Assembly (NCBI GenBank): GCA_964019425.1
Contig: OZ025786.1
Location: 1,550,001 to 1,614,000, forward strand
Source: Flectonema sp. DT1601
Taxonomy: Eukaryota
Length of the DNA stretch: 64,000 nt
Direction of reading: 5' to 3'
This document shows, piece by piece, positions 23,001-34,491 of this stretch; the stretch's first letter is position 1; each line of letters starts with the position of its first letter. A model generated the notes under the pieces. That model was given only the letters and a program-made list of their open reading frames with translations. It did not search any database and was not told the origin of the DNA. Position numbers and translations under genes: made by a program.

Positions 23001-23408
23001 TCAACGTCTTTCATCAGATTAGCAGCTTTTAAAAACGGAGTCGCATCTGGTGAAGTTCATCAGCAGTTTCGACATGTTCCGGGAACCGAACCGGAGCGAT
23101 CTGAAAAACATCTTAATAATGACGATGATGTTAAACAACAAAAACAACCTGTTGCGACTCAATCGGTTGCTACTGCTGTAAGCAGCGCTCAGACAATTCC
23201 GCTTCCTGTTCAGCCTCCGACTGTGGATACCCTTACGGGTTCGACTTTGTTTCCTCCAGCATCTCCTTTGATATTCTCAACATCATCAAATATACAAAAG
23301 GATACATTCTCAAGAGGATTTGCCAATGCAAAAGCTAAGGATTCTAAAAGAAAATCTCTTCTTGCCTCCCTCAAAAAGGATGACGAAGCTCGAGAACGAC
23401 GTGGATGA
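20061..23408 (+). CDS. N-terminally anchored membrane protein with Fn3-associated/CHB_HEX_C-like beta-rich repeats
   Basis: 1115 aa; N-terminal TM segment; recurring P-x-x-x-P-x-x-G and I-x-Y-T/S-x-D-G motifs (e.g. ILYTVDGSFP). Confidence 0.7.
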   Translation: MALEWFWIPVGIAVAIILILLVLLCRRLGRRARVNIVDEKGEDSNQLGRLAAPAIVPNGGKHPAGTPIVIVPSESAGVYARIGRPTEIQNEKFKNYDGQTICLGQPNQAGVIREGDEKLWRVGTFIIQAFSYAPGRVDSEVATVMVEVVPPTGEVFFSHSAGCYDSPFELVLFHPDTSNILFTYSEGSHPAENPWECGIPYTHPIPITSTCEVRAAVQGSRTPAAAKRFTIPEVIPPPGIFVSGSNCASQSIAVFPGDPITFGSVYGATLLYSMRRIGKCDPSSVATQPSCVYTNALVATPGAWEIITLAQKSDWKDSTESFIRVLCAPEMPRVDPSTVSGMAPHTVRLLCNGSSDYYTANVIIQYHVVVNGEILEGTSEPFANSCELTLPSGHYILNATCFDLDTDLRSREVVREISVGEVKKKKLSPCTIHPNGGEHIVGEDPLMVVINSGDVGEGDLICEIEIRQPDKKITKTITAPIGEEVSIPLLGRLKVAAVVISPDGTRSTPTFASFTAKPPAPKLSPKNGEFTSSSSLKVYLYKPVMNPIMDISDVNLVYELTKWHRGSSETTTMNNNPDAQPIPIGAAGRYQVTAYLEVDGVRSPECSGWYTVHSDPLSAPIPVFKPSRKYHSVGDNVEVSISTTDPLAKIFWSDGSDGEFKLYKTPISISQSTTMKSYSTQEGVRNSDIATQDYEFSGASPGGTRRPLLPPEIHPKERYIEGKNSIEVIISQPGVSFHEDAKILYSIDEGNEKVYNPDHEIILQRSDAKPNGDVYICAYIEVPGIGISGSTKKTYSFVDNSTPRQRGHTESIKKPVVTVHAHQLLVELRPNESIKHKNDIKILYTVDGSFPLTREGGSTRVLDSGKTIEIPRHGCTELRCLCIDTKNRLPPSRVISKTFSEGIGYLPVAVPTHSEIANQSDTNSNELQPPSLIAHARVVVLIATCSTPDSVIRYAFGDVNINSESSIFPSQGLQIVTSNPSTSFIRLAAFKNGVASGEVHQQFRHVPGTEPERSEKHLNNDDDVKQQKQPVATQSVATAVSSAQTIPLPVQPPTVDTLTGSTLFPPASPLIFSTSSNIQKDTFSRGFANAKAKDSKRKSLLASLKKDDEARERRG

Positions 23409-23712
23409 GAATGATGTTCTCTGACAACACACTAATTATTTATGTTATCGAATCTTAAGATTCTTATGTTTTTAGAATTAAAAATTTATTTTTTCTTTTT
23501 CTTTCCGTCTTCGTTTTTTATATTAGACTCCAAATAGACATTCAGGAATAAACTGTTATGTTTGTACATTAGCATTGCGTTCAATAGTTTACCTTTTTTT
23601 TATAATTATAGGTTTGGCATGGAGACATGATGTAGGCTATTTGTTGATTGTTGTTATTGTGATTGTTTTGTTTTTTTTATTAATATTATATTCATGGTCA
23701 GATAATATTAAG

Positions 23713-25482
23713 ATGGAATCTGGTACACTCACGGGTAGTTTTTCCTTTCCCGCGTTGTCTGACGGATTGCCTTCTGCTGCTGATGCTCGTGCGAGAGCAG
23801 AAAGAGAATTATCTGATTGGGAAGCAATCGCGCAGAGGAGTCCCAAATCGATGAGTATTAATTTAGGTGCACCAGCGCCAACAGCAGCGATACCAAGTGT
23901 CGCTGTTACTGTGACTCATGGAATGGCTCTACCTCCTCCTATGCCAGTTAGCCCAGCAGGTGATATCTACCGCGCTGCGGAAGAACGACTTCTCGAAACT
24001 GAAAAGCGAGTGAGGCATGAGTCTGAACTAGCTGAAGTTCAACGTAGGCAACGTGAAGAAGCTTCAGAACTAGAAGCAATTCACATGAAGCAATCTGTCC
24101 TCACTGAATTAGAACAAAAAGAAAAGAATCACTCAGAACGTGTTCAACGAGAACAACAAACACTTGACGACGAACGAATGCAACTCGCATCGAGAGAAGG
24201 TCGTTTAAAAGTTGCTGAAGCGGAGTACCAAGATGAGGTCTTAAAGTGTGATCTCGACATCAAACGTCGTTCATTACAATCAGAAGAAGCTCGTAGACGA
24301 ACAACTCAAGCACTGGAAGCAAAGCTTCGTATCGAACTAGCTCAGGAACTCGAACCACAACTCAGACTAACTATCGAACGAGAAGTCACTCACTCTGTAA
24401 CTCAAAAAGTTGAAGCTGATCTCAGAATAGAGTTTAATAAAGTTTGTCAAACAATGAAAGAAGAAATAGAAGCAGCGAGGAGGAAAATGGAGATCGAAAT
24501 CGAAGCTGCGCTGACTCCCAAAATTGAAGCAGCTCTACGACCTGTCTTGGCAGCTGAGGCAGAACAAATGATTCAAGAAAGTATAGTAATTCAGTTACAG
24601 GAAACATCTGATGCTGTTGTTCGACTTCGTAATGAGTTACAGTTGTGCGTTGATGAACGAGATCGAATGGCTGCAGACTCATCAACTCGAGAAATAGAAT
24701 TAAAATCGGAAATCGATCGTCTTACTGCGATGCTAATTGCCGAACAAGAGCGGGGTCAAGCCCTCGCCTTAGATGTTACAACATTTACAGAAAGATTAAA
24801 ATCATTTGAACAAGAACGTAAGTTATATCCTTTATTAAAGGAAGTCGAATCATTATCAATGCCTTGGTTACATGTTAATCAACAACTTGATGTTCTTAAA
24901 AAAGAGAACAGCACTCTCAAAGCTGGTCTAGACTTCTCTCAACGAGAGATTCAGTCATTAAGATCACAACAGATGGAAGCCATTGGTGGTGTGCAATCTG
25001 TGCAGAAGCCGACGTCACCAAGAATGTTGTCTCCACAGCGTATGCACTCCGAATTACTTCCACATTCAAGTGTAGGTAGTGCCGCGTATGGTCAAGGCAT
25101 TGGCACGCCAACAAGAATTCTTCCTCAGCATGAATCAGTTAACACTATCGCCACTTTCAAAAGCCCTCATAGAGCAGGGACACCGTATGTTATTATTCCT
25201 CTGTTCTCTTCTATTTTCAATCAACAAAAAAAACAACTCCAAAACAGCCGCTCTCGGGCAAACGCAAACGCAACTGCTAATTCGATGGTCCCTTGTAAGA
25301 ATAGATTTCGTCATACTCCAGTAAAAGATGCTCACACTCCTACTTTTCCATTTAAAAAACAAGATCGTGAAAGGATTTTCTTCGCTGAAATGGAACTTTT
25401 AAAAGGAGAAACTGCAAAGGAACAAGCAAGGCGAAAGAGAAGCAGCTCCCAGCGAACTCCAACAGCGAGGAAGTTGATGTAG
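23713..25482 (+). CDS. Coiled-coil protein of unknown function (probable in-frame intron 25185-25247)
   Basis: Long E/R/Q/L-rich heptad region; first plausible ATG at 23713; 63-nt GTATGT...AACAG segment with intron-like composition. Confidence 0.75.
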   Translation: MESGTLTGSFSFPALSDGLPSAADARARAERELSDWEAIAQRSPKSMSINLGAPAPTAAIPSVAVTVTHGMALPPPMPVSPAGDIYRAAEERLLETEKRVRHESELAEVQRRQREEASELEAIHMKQSVLTELEQKEKNHSERVQREQQTLDDERMQLASREGRLKVAEAEYQDEVLKCDLDIKRRSLQSEEARRRTTQALEAKLRIELAQELEPQLRLTIEREVTHSVTQKVEADLRIEFNKVCQTMKEEIEAARRKMEIEIEAALTPKIEAALRPVLAAEAEQMIQESIVIQLQETSDAVVRLRNELQLCVDERDRMAADSSTREIELKSEIDRLTAMLIAEQERGQALALDVTTFTERLKSFEQERKLYPLLKEVESLSMPWLHVNQQLDVLKKENSTLKAGLDFSQREIQSLRSQQMEAIGGVQSVQKPTSPRMLSPQRMHSELLPHSSVGSAAYGQGIGTPTRILPQHESVNTIATFKSPHRAGTPYVIIPLFSSIFNQQKKQLQNSRSRANANATANSMVPCKNRFRHTPVKDAHTPTFPFKKQDRERIFFAEMELLKGETAKEQARRKRSSSQRTPTARKLM

Positions 25483-25905
25483 GGTTGTTAACGAGCCGCG
25501 TGTTTTTAATTGTTATTGTATTTAATGTATTTTGTTATTGTACTTTTTTTTCCCCACCCTTTTTTAAGTTGCTTTATATCCTACTTCCTTAGATTTATAG
25601 TAGTCTTGTTCTCCAGTTTTCTTTTGTAGCTTACCCTCCAACCCTTTCCTGTTGTGGATTATTTTTTTGTTTCCACCAGTTACTTGGTGTGACAGCAGTG
25701 ATACCGTTTTCTTTTTTGTTTTTTGTTTTATTCTGCTTTCAAATATTTTTTTTTAAAGTCAAAAACATGACCCGACTAGACCGACCTAACAGAGTTTCTC
25801 ACTTCTAGTTAGTGTGTGCGTCATAAATCACTCAATGAAGTAGTATTTTGATTGATTTGAATAATGTTAACCCTGTTTATAACAAGTATTTCAAAACAAC
25901 ACAAA

Positions 25906-26253
25906 ATGCAATTTGAGTGCTTAGTATGCTTTGATGGGATCAAGTGTCCAATTGCAACACCATGTGGGCACATGTTTTGTGAGAACTGTATAACAACATG
26001 GTTGCTGGATCATGCAGGGTGTCCAACGTGTAGACGAGACGTATCAACTGGTAGCGTGTTAAAGATTTATAGTGGATGTGGAAGCTCTATGGAGATCCTT
26101 GGGGATGAGGTGGAGATCTTACGTGAGACTGTGAAATTAGTTACGAGGTTACAGCGTGACAATTTAAGATTGCGGATGAAGGTTAAAAGTTTTCGAGCAA
26201 TATCTCGAATCGTAAAAAAAAAACCAACATCACTCATTAGAATGCAGAGATAA
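25906..26253 (+). CDS. RING-finger protein (putative E3 ubiquitin ligase)
   Basis: CLVC...PCGHMFCENC...CPTC, followed by a short coiled coil. Confidence 0.85.
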   Translation: MQFECLVCFDGIKCPIATPCGHMFCENCITTWLLDHAGCPTCRRDVSTGSVLKIYSGCGSSMEILGDEVEILRETVKLVTRLQRDNLRLRMKVKSFRAISRIVKKKPTSLIRMQR

Positions 26254-26490
26254 AAAGTTTTTTTTTTTTTTTTTTTTTATTGATTACATCTCACCTTCTC
26301 ACCGAAGACCATCTCTCATGTTATTTTAACGTTGACAACCTTCAACTGGAATGATTATAAGTTTTTTTTTTTTTTTTTTTCTCCCATCCAGGTTTAATTA
26401 GCAACCCCGATATTAAACATATTTTTTTTGAGATATTTATTAATGCTAAAACTATCATACTATTTCACTGAACAGTACCATTACGAGACC

Positions 26491-28142
26491 ATGTCTCCAC
26501 CTTCTCCAACATATAAGCAATTTCATGAAGCTTTGAAGGAAGAGTTGAGCCCACGACGAGTTGTTGCGGGTAGTCCGCGAGAGAAATCTCCGAGAGAGTT
26601 AGATGATGAGATAGGAAGGCAAATGTCATTAGAAGCTATTGATAGAGATGTTAAGAACCAACCTAATGTGTTTCATGATCCAGGACGAGCTTTGGATGCG
26701 CTACTGGTACTGAGAGATTCAGTAGCGACACAGTTGAAGAAAAATCAATCAGATACCAGAGAGAGCGTCATGTCAAAATTTTGCCCACCAACAGCAGCTA
26801 TTCCTCCTCCTGTAAGAGATATTTTATCAAATCTATCAGAGCCTCAAGTCAATATCGCCTCCCTGGGTGAGTCTGAAGACGCTCTTCCAACGGTTGCCAA
26901 TTCATCGCCCCGACGAGAAAAATTAATCGCATACAACTCTCTCTCAAATTCTGAATGTGCGAATATTAACGCTTCTCGAATAATGTCTCACAGACCTTGG
27001 CTGACAAATAATCAGAAATCTGATCCTCAAAGTGCTGCGGCAGCTCATTTGTTGATGTATGCTGAAGGGATGCAAAATATAAGAGAACATCTGACTGCGA
27101 CTGAAGGAAGTTTAAAAGTTGGTTGTGAAGTTACCATATCTCCTGAATTCTTTAGTGGAGATGGCGGTGGCATGAAAACAGGTTTGTTGAAAATTTTTTC
27201 TTTTTAAAAAAAAAAAAAAAAAAAAAAGACACTAAATAGCATTGAGTTTAAAGAAAAAAATAACATCAGGAATAGTAGCCGCATTCAAAAGTGAGTTCAT
27301 TGCGACGGTTCACATTCAAAAGTCACATTCTGATCCCAAAGGTCAACTGGAAGTTGATGTAAATACGAAATATTTGAGAGCAAAAACAAGACGAATAGTT
27401 CCGATTGAAGCACTTGAGAAATGGGGATCACGTGGTCGTGAAATACCGTCTATTGCTGCTCATACGAAATATCAATCACCTTCTTCTGTTGGTAAGTATA
27501 TATCAACTGTATCTGACTGCAGACACATTCTCAATGCTATTGATGAACCTGCTTCGGTTTGTGATTTTATTACACATTTATAAGTAATATTTTCAAACAA
27601 CAACAACCAAAAAAAAAAAAAAAAAAAAACAGATTCCGAATCACGTTAGCTGCAGCAGTAGCAAAACTGATGGATTCACATTGAGAGACACCTCCTTTCA
27701 TGTTAGAGAAGTAGCAGGAGGATGTCTCGAAGGTGAGAATGCCCGCTATCGTCAGTTGGTTTCGATGATCAGTAAGTCAGTATTGATAGTCGATAATCCA
27801 AACTTTATAAAACAATCATGCGATAATTGTTATGACAAGAACGTTGATCCTGGAGTCCTAATTAATTATTGTGGAAGGGCTGGACGTGTTGTTCAAGTCA
27901 ATTCAGCTGCTGATACTGCACGCCTTGCCTTTAGAACAGCACATGTTTGGGTTCCTATTTCAGTCATCACTTTGTGTAACTCGGATCCAATGTCAAGCAT
28001 AGGCTGCAGAAATACTACAATATCTGTGTTGGGTAATCCGTCTAAAAGTGAATTGTTAGTAGCCGCGAAAGCCATCGCAAAGCGAGAAGATGAAAAATGG
28101 AAACTCCGTAAAAAAGAACGGGAAAAAGACACCAAATTCTAA
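26491..28142 (+). CDS. Hypothetical protein, three exons (26491-27181, 27270-27556, 27633-28142)
   Basis: Two GTTTGT...CAG introns (27182-27269, 27557-27632) join three listed ORFs in frame. Confidence 0.75.
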
Positions 28143-28419
28143 CTTCGATTCATTCGTTAGGGTTGTCGATATTATTGTTATTGTTATTGTACCTTTTTTT
28201 TTTTGAATTTTTTTTTTCCCCTCTTCCCCTTTCTCTATTGACACATTTTAGTAGCTGTTGTTAATTACTTTCATTATTTTCTTCAAAAAAAAAAAAAAAA
28301 AAAAGGAAGAATTTTCACTGTGACACATGTTTGGCTATTTGATGTTCATAACAACAAGGTTTTCTTTTTCTTTGCAATTTTTTCAATTATTATTACATAT
28401 TTCCTCTTTAAAGGTCTAC

Positions 28420-29202
28420 ATGATTATGCCGATAGGATTATACATTCGAATACCAAACAGTGCCGAGTTGGAATATATCGAAGTCGATGAAAACGCCGAC
28501 GTTGGAGTCGTTCGCGTTACGGTATCTGAAATACTACAGTGTAGTTGTAATTGTATTTGTTTGTATTTTTCTGAATCACTTTTAGTTGATGACTGTGTTC
28601 AGCTATCGGACATTGGTCTTTACTCAGAGGCTGTAATAGATTGCCAGTTCAGGATACGCAAAGCAATAAAAGAAGGAGGATGGTGGTTTAAACGACATCC
28701 GTCTCTCTCTCCATCGAGTGATAAACCTGAAAAACTAACAGTCTCAGATCGATTTGTAACTTCTTATAATGCTCTATGGTCGCAACCTCTTCGTGCACCA
28801 GATAGTGTCAGTATTGTTAGTGTTGCTTTCTTACTGTCGAGTAAGAGAAGGCTTGATTCGCGACACATGATTGGACTTATCGCCGAAGAGCATTTCACTG
28901 AATCAGCGTATTTCGATAGTCCTCCGAGAAATTCTACCCTGATAACGTATGAGCTCGGAGGTGATCTGATAATAGCTAATTCAGTTTTTCATACGGAGTC
29001 ATCATCGACTTTACCATCACTCTTTGGAACCGTTCCTGTAGAAATCCAGTTAGATGGAACAGAACGGAGTTGTACGGTAAACGTAAATAACATCCCCGTC
29101 ATCACTTCTGCTCCTGTGGAGTGTTGGCCATCAACAGAACTACATCCTTATGTTACTTTGAATGCTGATGGTGATTGTGTGCTTCCAGTATGGGCTAATT
29201 AA
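28420..29202 (+). CDS. Protein with N-terminal ubiquitin-like domain and beta-rich (SPRY-like?) C-terminus
   Basis: LYIRIP...IEVDENADV...LSDIGLYSEAVI is UBL-like; C-terminal LHPYVTL is SPRY-like. Start codon uncertain. Confidence 0.6.
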   Translation: MIMPIGLYIRIPNSAELEYIEVDENADVGVVRVTVSEILQCSCNCICLYFSESLLVDDCVQLSDIGLYSEAVIDCQFRIRKAIKEGGWWFKRHPSLSPSSDKPEKLTVSDRFVTSYNALWSQPLRAPDSVSIVSVAFLLSSKRRLDSRHMIGLIAEEHFTESAYFDSPPRNSTLITYELGGDLIIANSVFHTESSSTLPSLFGTVPVEIQLDGTERSCTVNVNNIPVITSAPVECWPSTELHPYVTLNADGDCVLPVWAN

Positions 29203-29608
29203 GTAGCTTATTTCATATCTTCTTTTTTTTTTTTTTTTTTTTTGTTTGTCTTATTGTGATAGGATTTCTCCGCTTCACCGAACCATTCCCTCTTTTTCTT
29301 TTTTTTTGCTTATTATTCGTTTTATCGAAATTTTTATCATTATGTTTTCTTGTGTGGAAAAAAAAAAAAAAAAAAAAAAATATCGTTTTTGTGTTCTCAC
29401 TATCCCTTATCCATTATATACAAAGAAACTATACGTCTGCTTTTTGACTTATTGTTATTATTATTTAATACCGAAGTAGAGTAGGCATGTTATTGTATTG
29501 ATTATTTCTGTTTGGGAGTGAGTGATTGATTTAAGTATATCTTCCAACAGAAGTAGGGGTGGGAGGGGGGCTTCCCCAGGCACTTCACAAAAAAGAGGTA
29601 AAAAGAAA

Positions 29609-30601
29609 ATGACAACACCTCTGGCGTTAGGTGAAATTTGTTTGCAAACGTGTACAGATGGAAGTTGTGTAGCAGTCGCGCAGATGAACTGTGTTGCGGG
29701 GTTGGTGTGTGTTAATGTAGTAACGTCAGCTACGTTAAGTACCTCAAGGTGTGCGTCAGGATGTGATCCTAATAGAATTATAACAAATGGGTTTCAGGTA
29801 TCGAATGGACATGCTGGCTGCTCAGCAGGGACGACAGTTGCTTTTTCATCATTTTGCGATTACTCTTGCGGAAGCAGAGCTACATGCCAAACAACAGGCA
29901 CTTGGGATACCGCCTCACCATGTGCCGCATCAGTGACTACCGCTCCTCCTCCATCTTCTTCTGACTCCGTTGTTGATAAGGATTGGTTCTGGCCTGTGAT
30001 TGGAGCAGTTATAGTGATTGCTTTATTGATAGCATTGGCACTTTGTTATAAATTTATATATAAAAGAAAAACAATGTTCAATGCTGAAGGGGAACATGAT
30101 GCGAGGCCGTTTGGTAAAAGATCACCAGGAGGTAGAAAACCACCTCCACTGATATCAGCTCTCAAAGGATCTCCAGGTCCAAAATCTCCGAGATCACCTC
30201 TAGTGAGAAAACGAGGAGTGACATTTAGCAATTACCATCCTGGTGATGTAGTAGAAGTTCATTATAAGGGAGAGTGGCATCCAGCGCAGATACGCACACA
30301 TGACCCTGATGGAACGTATACCATAACATGGTTACCTTCGTGTAGAGATTCAGTTTCAGGCATTTCTCGTGATAAGGTTCGTCCAAAAACTTCTAATTGG
30401 TCCACCCCTCCTCCGACTTCGGAGTATTATGAGAGCTATGATCCGACTAGCGCAGATCAGCATGATATCCAATGCATTTGGCAAAACAGTTGGCACACAG
30501 GAAGGTTAGAAGCTATTAATGCTGATGGTACTTATCTCATAAGATGGCCAGATGGATCGTATACTCCGAATATGGACCCAGCTGATACTAAACCATTGTA
30601 G
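29609..30601 (+). CDS. Single-pass membrane protein: Cys-rich N-terminus, two Tudor/Agenet-like C-terminal repeats
   Basis: Many Cys; TM WFWPVIGAVIVIALLIALALC; repeats YKGEWHPAQI...DGTYTITW and WQNSWHTGRL...DGTYLIRW. Confidence 0.7.
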   Translation: MTTPLALGEICLQTCTDGSCVAVAQMNCVAGLVCVNVVTSATLSTSRCASGCDPNRIITNGFQVSNGHAGCSAGTTVAFSSFCDYSCGSRATCQTTGTWDTASPCAASVTTAPPPSSSDSVVDKDWFWPVIGAVIVIALLIALALCYKFIYKRKTMFNAEGEHDARPFGKRSPGGRKPPPLISALKGSPGPKSPRSPLVRKRGVTFSNYHPGDVVEVHYKGEWHPAQIRTHDPDGTYTITWLPSCRDSVSGISRDKVRPKTSNWSTPPPTSEYYESYDPTSADQHDIQCIWQNSWHTGRLEAINADGTYLIRWPDGSYTPNMDPADTKPL

Positions 30602-31815
30602 TTTATATTCAATGAAATCTTGATTGATATCTCATTGCAAAAAAAAAAAAAGAGTGGATTTTTTTTTTTTTTTTTTTTCTCTGTGTGATCCTTTACTATA
30701 ATAGTCACGAAAAAAAAATAATAATAATAATAATAATAATAATCTCCTTCCTTATATATTCATCCCTACATATATTCTTTGTACATTCGGTTATTCTCAG
30801 TTTTTTTTTTTGGTTGTGTGTTTGTTTGCGACGACTTCGGGAAAAAAAAAAAAATAAAAAAAATCTTGGAATTAATTGAGTAAAGTCACATGAATAATTT
30901 TTTTTCTTTTTTTTTTTTTATTTTCTAATTTTTTTTTTCCAAAGAATAGAATGGCCGCAAATCATGTCCCCGTGGGTGCGTCGTGATGATAAGGCGGTGT
31001 GGACTTTTTTTTTTGCTAAACAGAACTTTTAATAGAGACCGGGAAAAAAAAAAAAAAAAAAAAAACTACAATCTCCTTTGCTTCGTTGACGTAGAGAAAT
31101 AATTATTCATCCCTACCCAGTTCAAAAAAAATAGTTTTTATTTTTGGTTGATTTGTGGTTGTTCTTTAACTAGTTTTTCTAGGTTCAGTAAGACAAAAAC
31201 TAAGTATCAACCAAACTGAACTATTTAGCGATTTACTTTGTTGATAGGTCGCTGTAAGTAGTGGAGGAAAAAAAGCAAAAAACAAAAAACAAAAAACTAC
31301 AAACTAATTCAGGCATTTCGATTTTCGTTTACGGTTATTGTCTTTGGGTTGGTAAACTCCTTTCTTTTTCATTCTTCGTTTTCTTCTTTTTCTTCTTCTT
31401 CAAACTATGATTTCCTGCTTTTTTCTTTTCCAATTATAAAAATATTAGTTTTTTTTTTTAATCATCCTTATTTGCTGTCTTGTATTAAACTTTTTTTTTT
31501 AAAAAAAATAAAAATAAAAAAATAGATGTTTCTTGAACTTATATATGCTAATACGCACCGGCAGTTGGTAGGACGAGTAGCAATAATGCGGCAAAAATCA
31601 AGCGACACATTTTCTCTGCATCCTACTATCTCTCTCTCAATGAGGTTGCCGACTGACAACACCGCATAGGTAGCTGATTTCCCTCTATTCCTTTGAACTT
31701 TCTTATTTGTGAAAACTGTATTTAGCCGTAGGAAAACCACTAATGGTCAGTTGGGTTCGTAGAAAAAAAAGAAAAAAAAAAAAAAAAAAATCCTCAAAAA
31801 CAGTAATCCCCCTTT

Positions 31816-31846
<31 letters not shown>

Positions 31847-32585
31847 CAATTCGTTTTTTTGTCTTGCCTATCGCTCCGAAAAAAAAAAAAAAAAAAAAAA
31901 AAAAAATGCAAAAGCAAAAGCAAAAATCCGCTTGCATGACAAGTGCCTTCATGAACAAGTTCCTTCGTGGCAAATACTCATACCTCGTCAGAATAATTAT
32001 ATAAAAGCATTCCTTTGCAGCACACAACCGTATCATTTCCGATGGTGTGCCTTTAGTGCCACCAACAGTTCTAATTTGAAGTCATTGGTCTGGAACTCTT
32101 TTTACGGCGAATCTCTGAGAACGTTACTTCACTTAATAGAATGCCTCTTCTCTCTGTCTGAAGTATCTCTCATTTGTGTTAGTTAACTTTCCTTTGCTAG
32201 TATGATTTGAGGAAAATTGTCGTCTCTGCAAGCTGAGGAACGGACTTCCTTTTTTTTTTTTTTTTTTTTTTAATACTTTTTCCCTTATTTGCACAAACTC
32301 TCTCTGGCACTGATAGTGTATTCTGTTTTACAACAGCAGGCAGGGAATAGTGTGAACAGCGATGTGTTGTGCATAAGGATTACATATAGTGCGTCGAAGT
32401 GATGAGTGGGTGTAGAAATATGTTAACTGCTCTGATGGCTCACTTCGAAAAACTGAAGAGGTTCATTCCTCGAAAACTGGTTGTGTATTATTCGGTACTA
32501 CATTTGTAATGTTGTCGATCTTTGTGCGTTAATCTCAAAACGGGGGGGGGAGATATGTCATGGCTATTTAAAAAAAAATATATAT

Positions 32586-32634
32586 CGGCTTTCAATCTGA
32601 ATAATTTCTTCTCCGACTATGTCGGCGTCGGTAC
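32586..32634 (+). repeat. Dispersed short repeat family A, copy 3
   Basis: CGGCTTTCAATCTGAATAATTTCTTCTCCGACTATGTCGGCGTCGGTAC, then an A-rich tail. Confidence 0.7.
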
Positions 32635-34241
32635 GTCAAAAAAAAAATAAATAAAAATAAATAAATAAATAAGCCGATTGATGCAAAAAAAAAAAGAAAA
32701 TTTTGCTCCTTTGTGAGGCATGCATTATCCTCCTCCTCTTTTTTTTTTCTTCTTCGTTTTTTATTACTTTGTTTTGTTCCCCCACCTCTTTCACATATTC
32801 TCTTATGATCATACAGGATCATCTCTCTAGTTTGTTTGTTAGCAGCAGAGTAGTTCATTACTTGGCGATCCTTGTTTGAAGAAGTAAAAGTTGTCCGATA
32901 CGAAACAAGAAAACAGATTTTGTAGACTCTCTGTGAAAACCCACGTAAGTTGTCTAGAAAGGAAATCTTGTTTGTTTAAATATTTTGCACTTATATTTGC
33001 AGCTTTAGGGGGGAAAAAAAAAAAAAAAAAAAAAATAAATAAAGATGAAACCATTTTTGTTGGTTTGGACTTGTAAAAAACACCAAATTTCTAAGCTCCG
33101 TCTCTAAAAGAAAAAAAAGAAGGATTCAGTGATCCATTCTAATTCTCACATTCTAACCGAATTGTGGTGTCAGGACGCAAAAAAATAAAATTTGGTGTTC
33201 TCACGCTTAATTCACTTTGGTTAGTTGTAGAGCCATTTTTTTCCTCTTTTTTTTTTTTTTTTTCAACCTTTGACAATGAACGAATTCTTGTACTCAAATT
33301 AAAATAAAATAAAATAAAAATAACAAAATCAAAACAACAACTGAATAAGGAAAAAAAAAAAAAAAAAAAAGGGGGAGAGAGAGAAATTTGTATTTTTTTT
33401 AATTTATTTATTTTTTAAAAATTATGTTTGTTCTTAGTCATAATGTAGTAAAAATTACTGTAAGTTTGTTTAAAAAAAAAAAAAAAAAAAAGAAAAAAGA
33501 AAAAAATCCCACCTACCCATGTCCAAGAAGCATGGTCGTGGTGAGGCTGTAGTGTCCTCTGTATTGGTATACCTAGCGTATTCCTTACTGCGTTTTTTTG
33601 TGTTTTTTTCTTTTGTACCAACACACATTGTTATGTAGAACTGATCGAAAATGATATTCAGTATGTATAAGTTACTCCGGTAACTGTTGTTAAGTGTTCG
33701 TCCCACAGAGTAGTATGTTATGGTTGTTTGTGTAGGGAGTTGCTGCAAAACTGAAGAATTGCGTGCAAGTTGTACTAATTGAGTACAAAGAGTTTTTCCA
33801 TTTTTTATTAGTTCTTTTTTTTTTTTTTTTTCTTCTTCCCTTTTTGAAAAAATCTTTTCTATTTCTGACTACTTCATGACCAAACTGGTTTGTTGCTGCT
33901 TCTTCCCTTCTCACCTGATGTCCCCACACAACTAATAATTTCCTTCGTAGTAGCCAGTAGCAGCTTTTATAATGCATCTTCTTGTGAGGATGCTTTCTTC
34001 CAGCCATTAGACCTTAATCTGTAGTAGCGTTGAGATTCTTTTTTTTTTTTTTTTTTTTTTTTGTTACAGAGGAAAAAACATCAATTTTCTTTTTTTTTTT
34101 TTATATAAGAAGTAGTAAAAAATTGATTAAAAAAAAAATAATGTTCGCTAGTTGATGTCATATTTTTTTGTTCTTAATATCTATCTCCTTTTTAAGCAAA
34201 AAAAAAAAAAAAAAAAAAAAAAGAAACCGAATGAAGTCCAG

Positions 34242-34295
34242 AACTTACTGATGAAGGCCCAAGAAGGATAGAAAATGATTAAGGAACTGAAACTT
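34242..34295 (+). repeat. Dispersed repeat family B, copy 3 (diverged)
   Basis: AACTTA-CTGATGA-AGGCCCAAGAAGGATAGAAAATGATTAAGGAACTGAAACT aligns by eye with 4407-4465. Confidence 0.55.
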
Positions 34296-34348
34296 CTATT
34301 ACCTAAATGGGAATGAAATGCTTTTTTTTTGTTTGCTTTTTTTTTTTT

Positions 34349-34383
<35 letters not shown>

Positions 34384-34491
34384 AGTTCGTCTTTATTTTT
34401 CTAATCCTACTTTTTTTTCTTCTTTTTTTTTTTTCTAAAAAAAAAATTAAAACTATTCTCCCTCCCTCTCAAGGTGATTCATACTAATAAA

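Noticed and set aside
23575..23712. N-terminal extensions from TTG/GTG or upstream ATG starts in the ORF track (also 11761, 26428, 28327, 29522, 43562, 47308)
   Set aside because: They translate T-rich or A-rich upstream tracts; downstream ATGs after a YAG are more plausible.
32396..32456. C/D box snoRNA-like motifs (GTGATGA...CTGA...CTGA)
   Set aside because: Short, no identifiable rRNA guide, and such motifs arise by chance.
30685..34007. Short ORFs rich in poly-Lys/poly-Phe (also 7169-7512, 40210-40929, 61810-62955)
   Set aside because: Translations of A/T homopolymer tracts, not protein-like.
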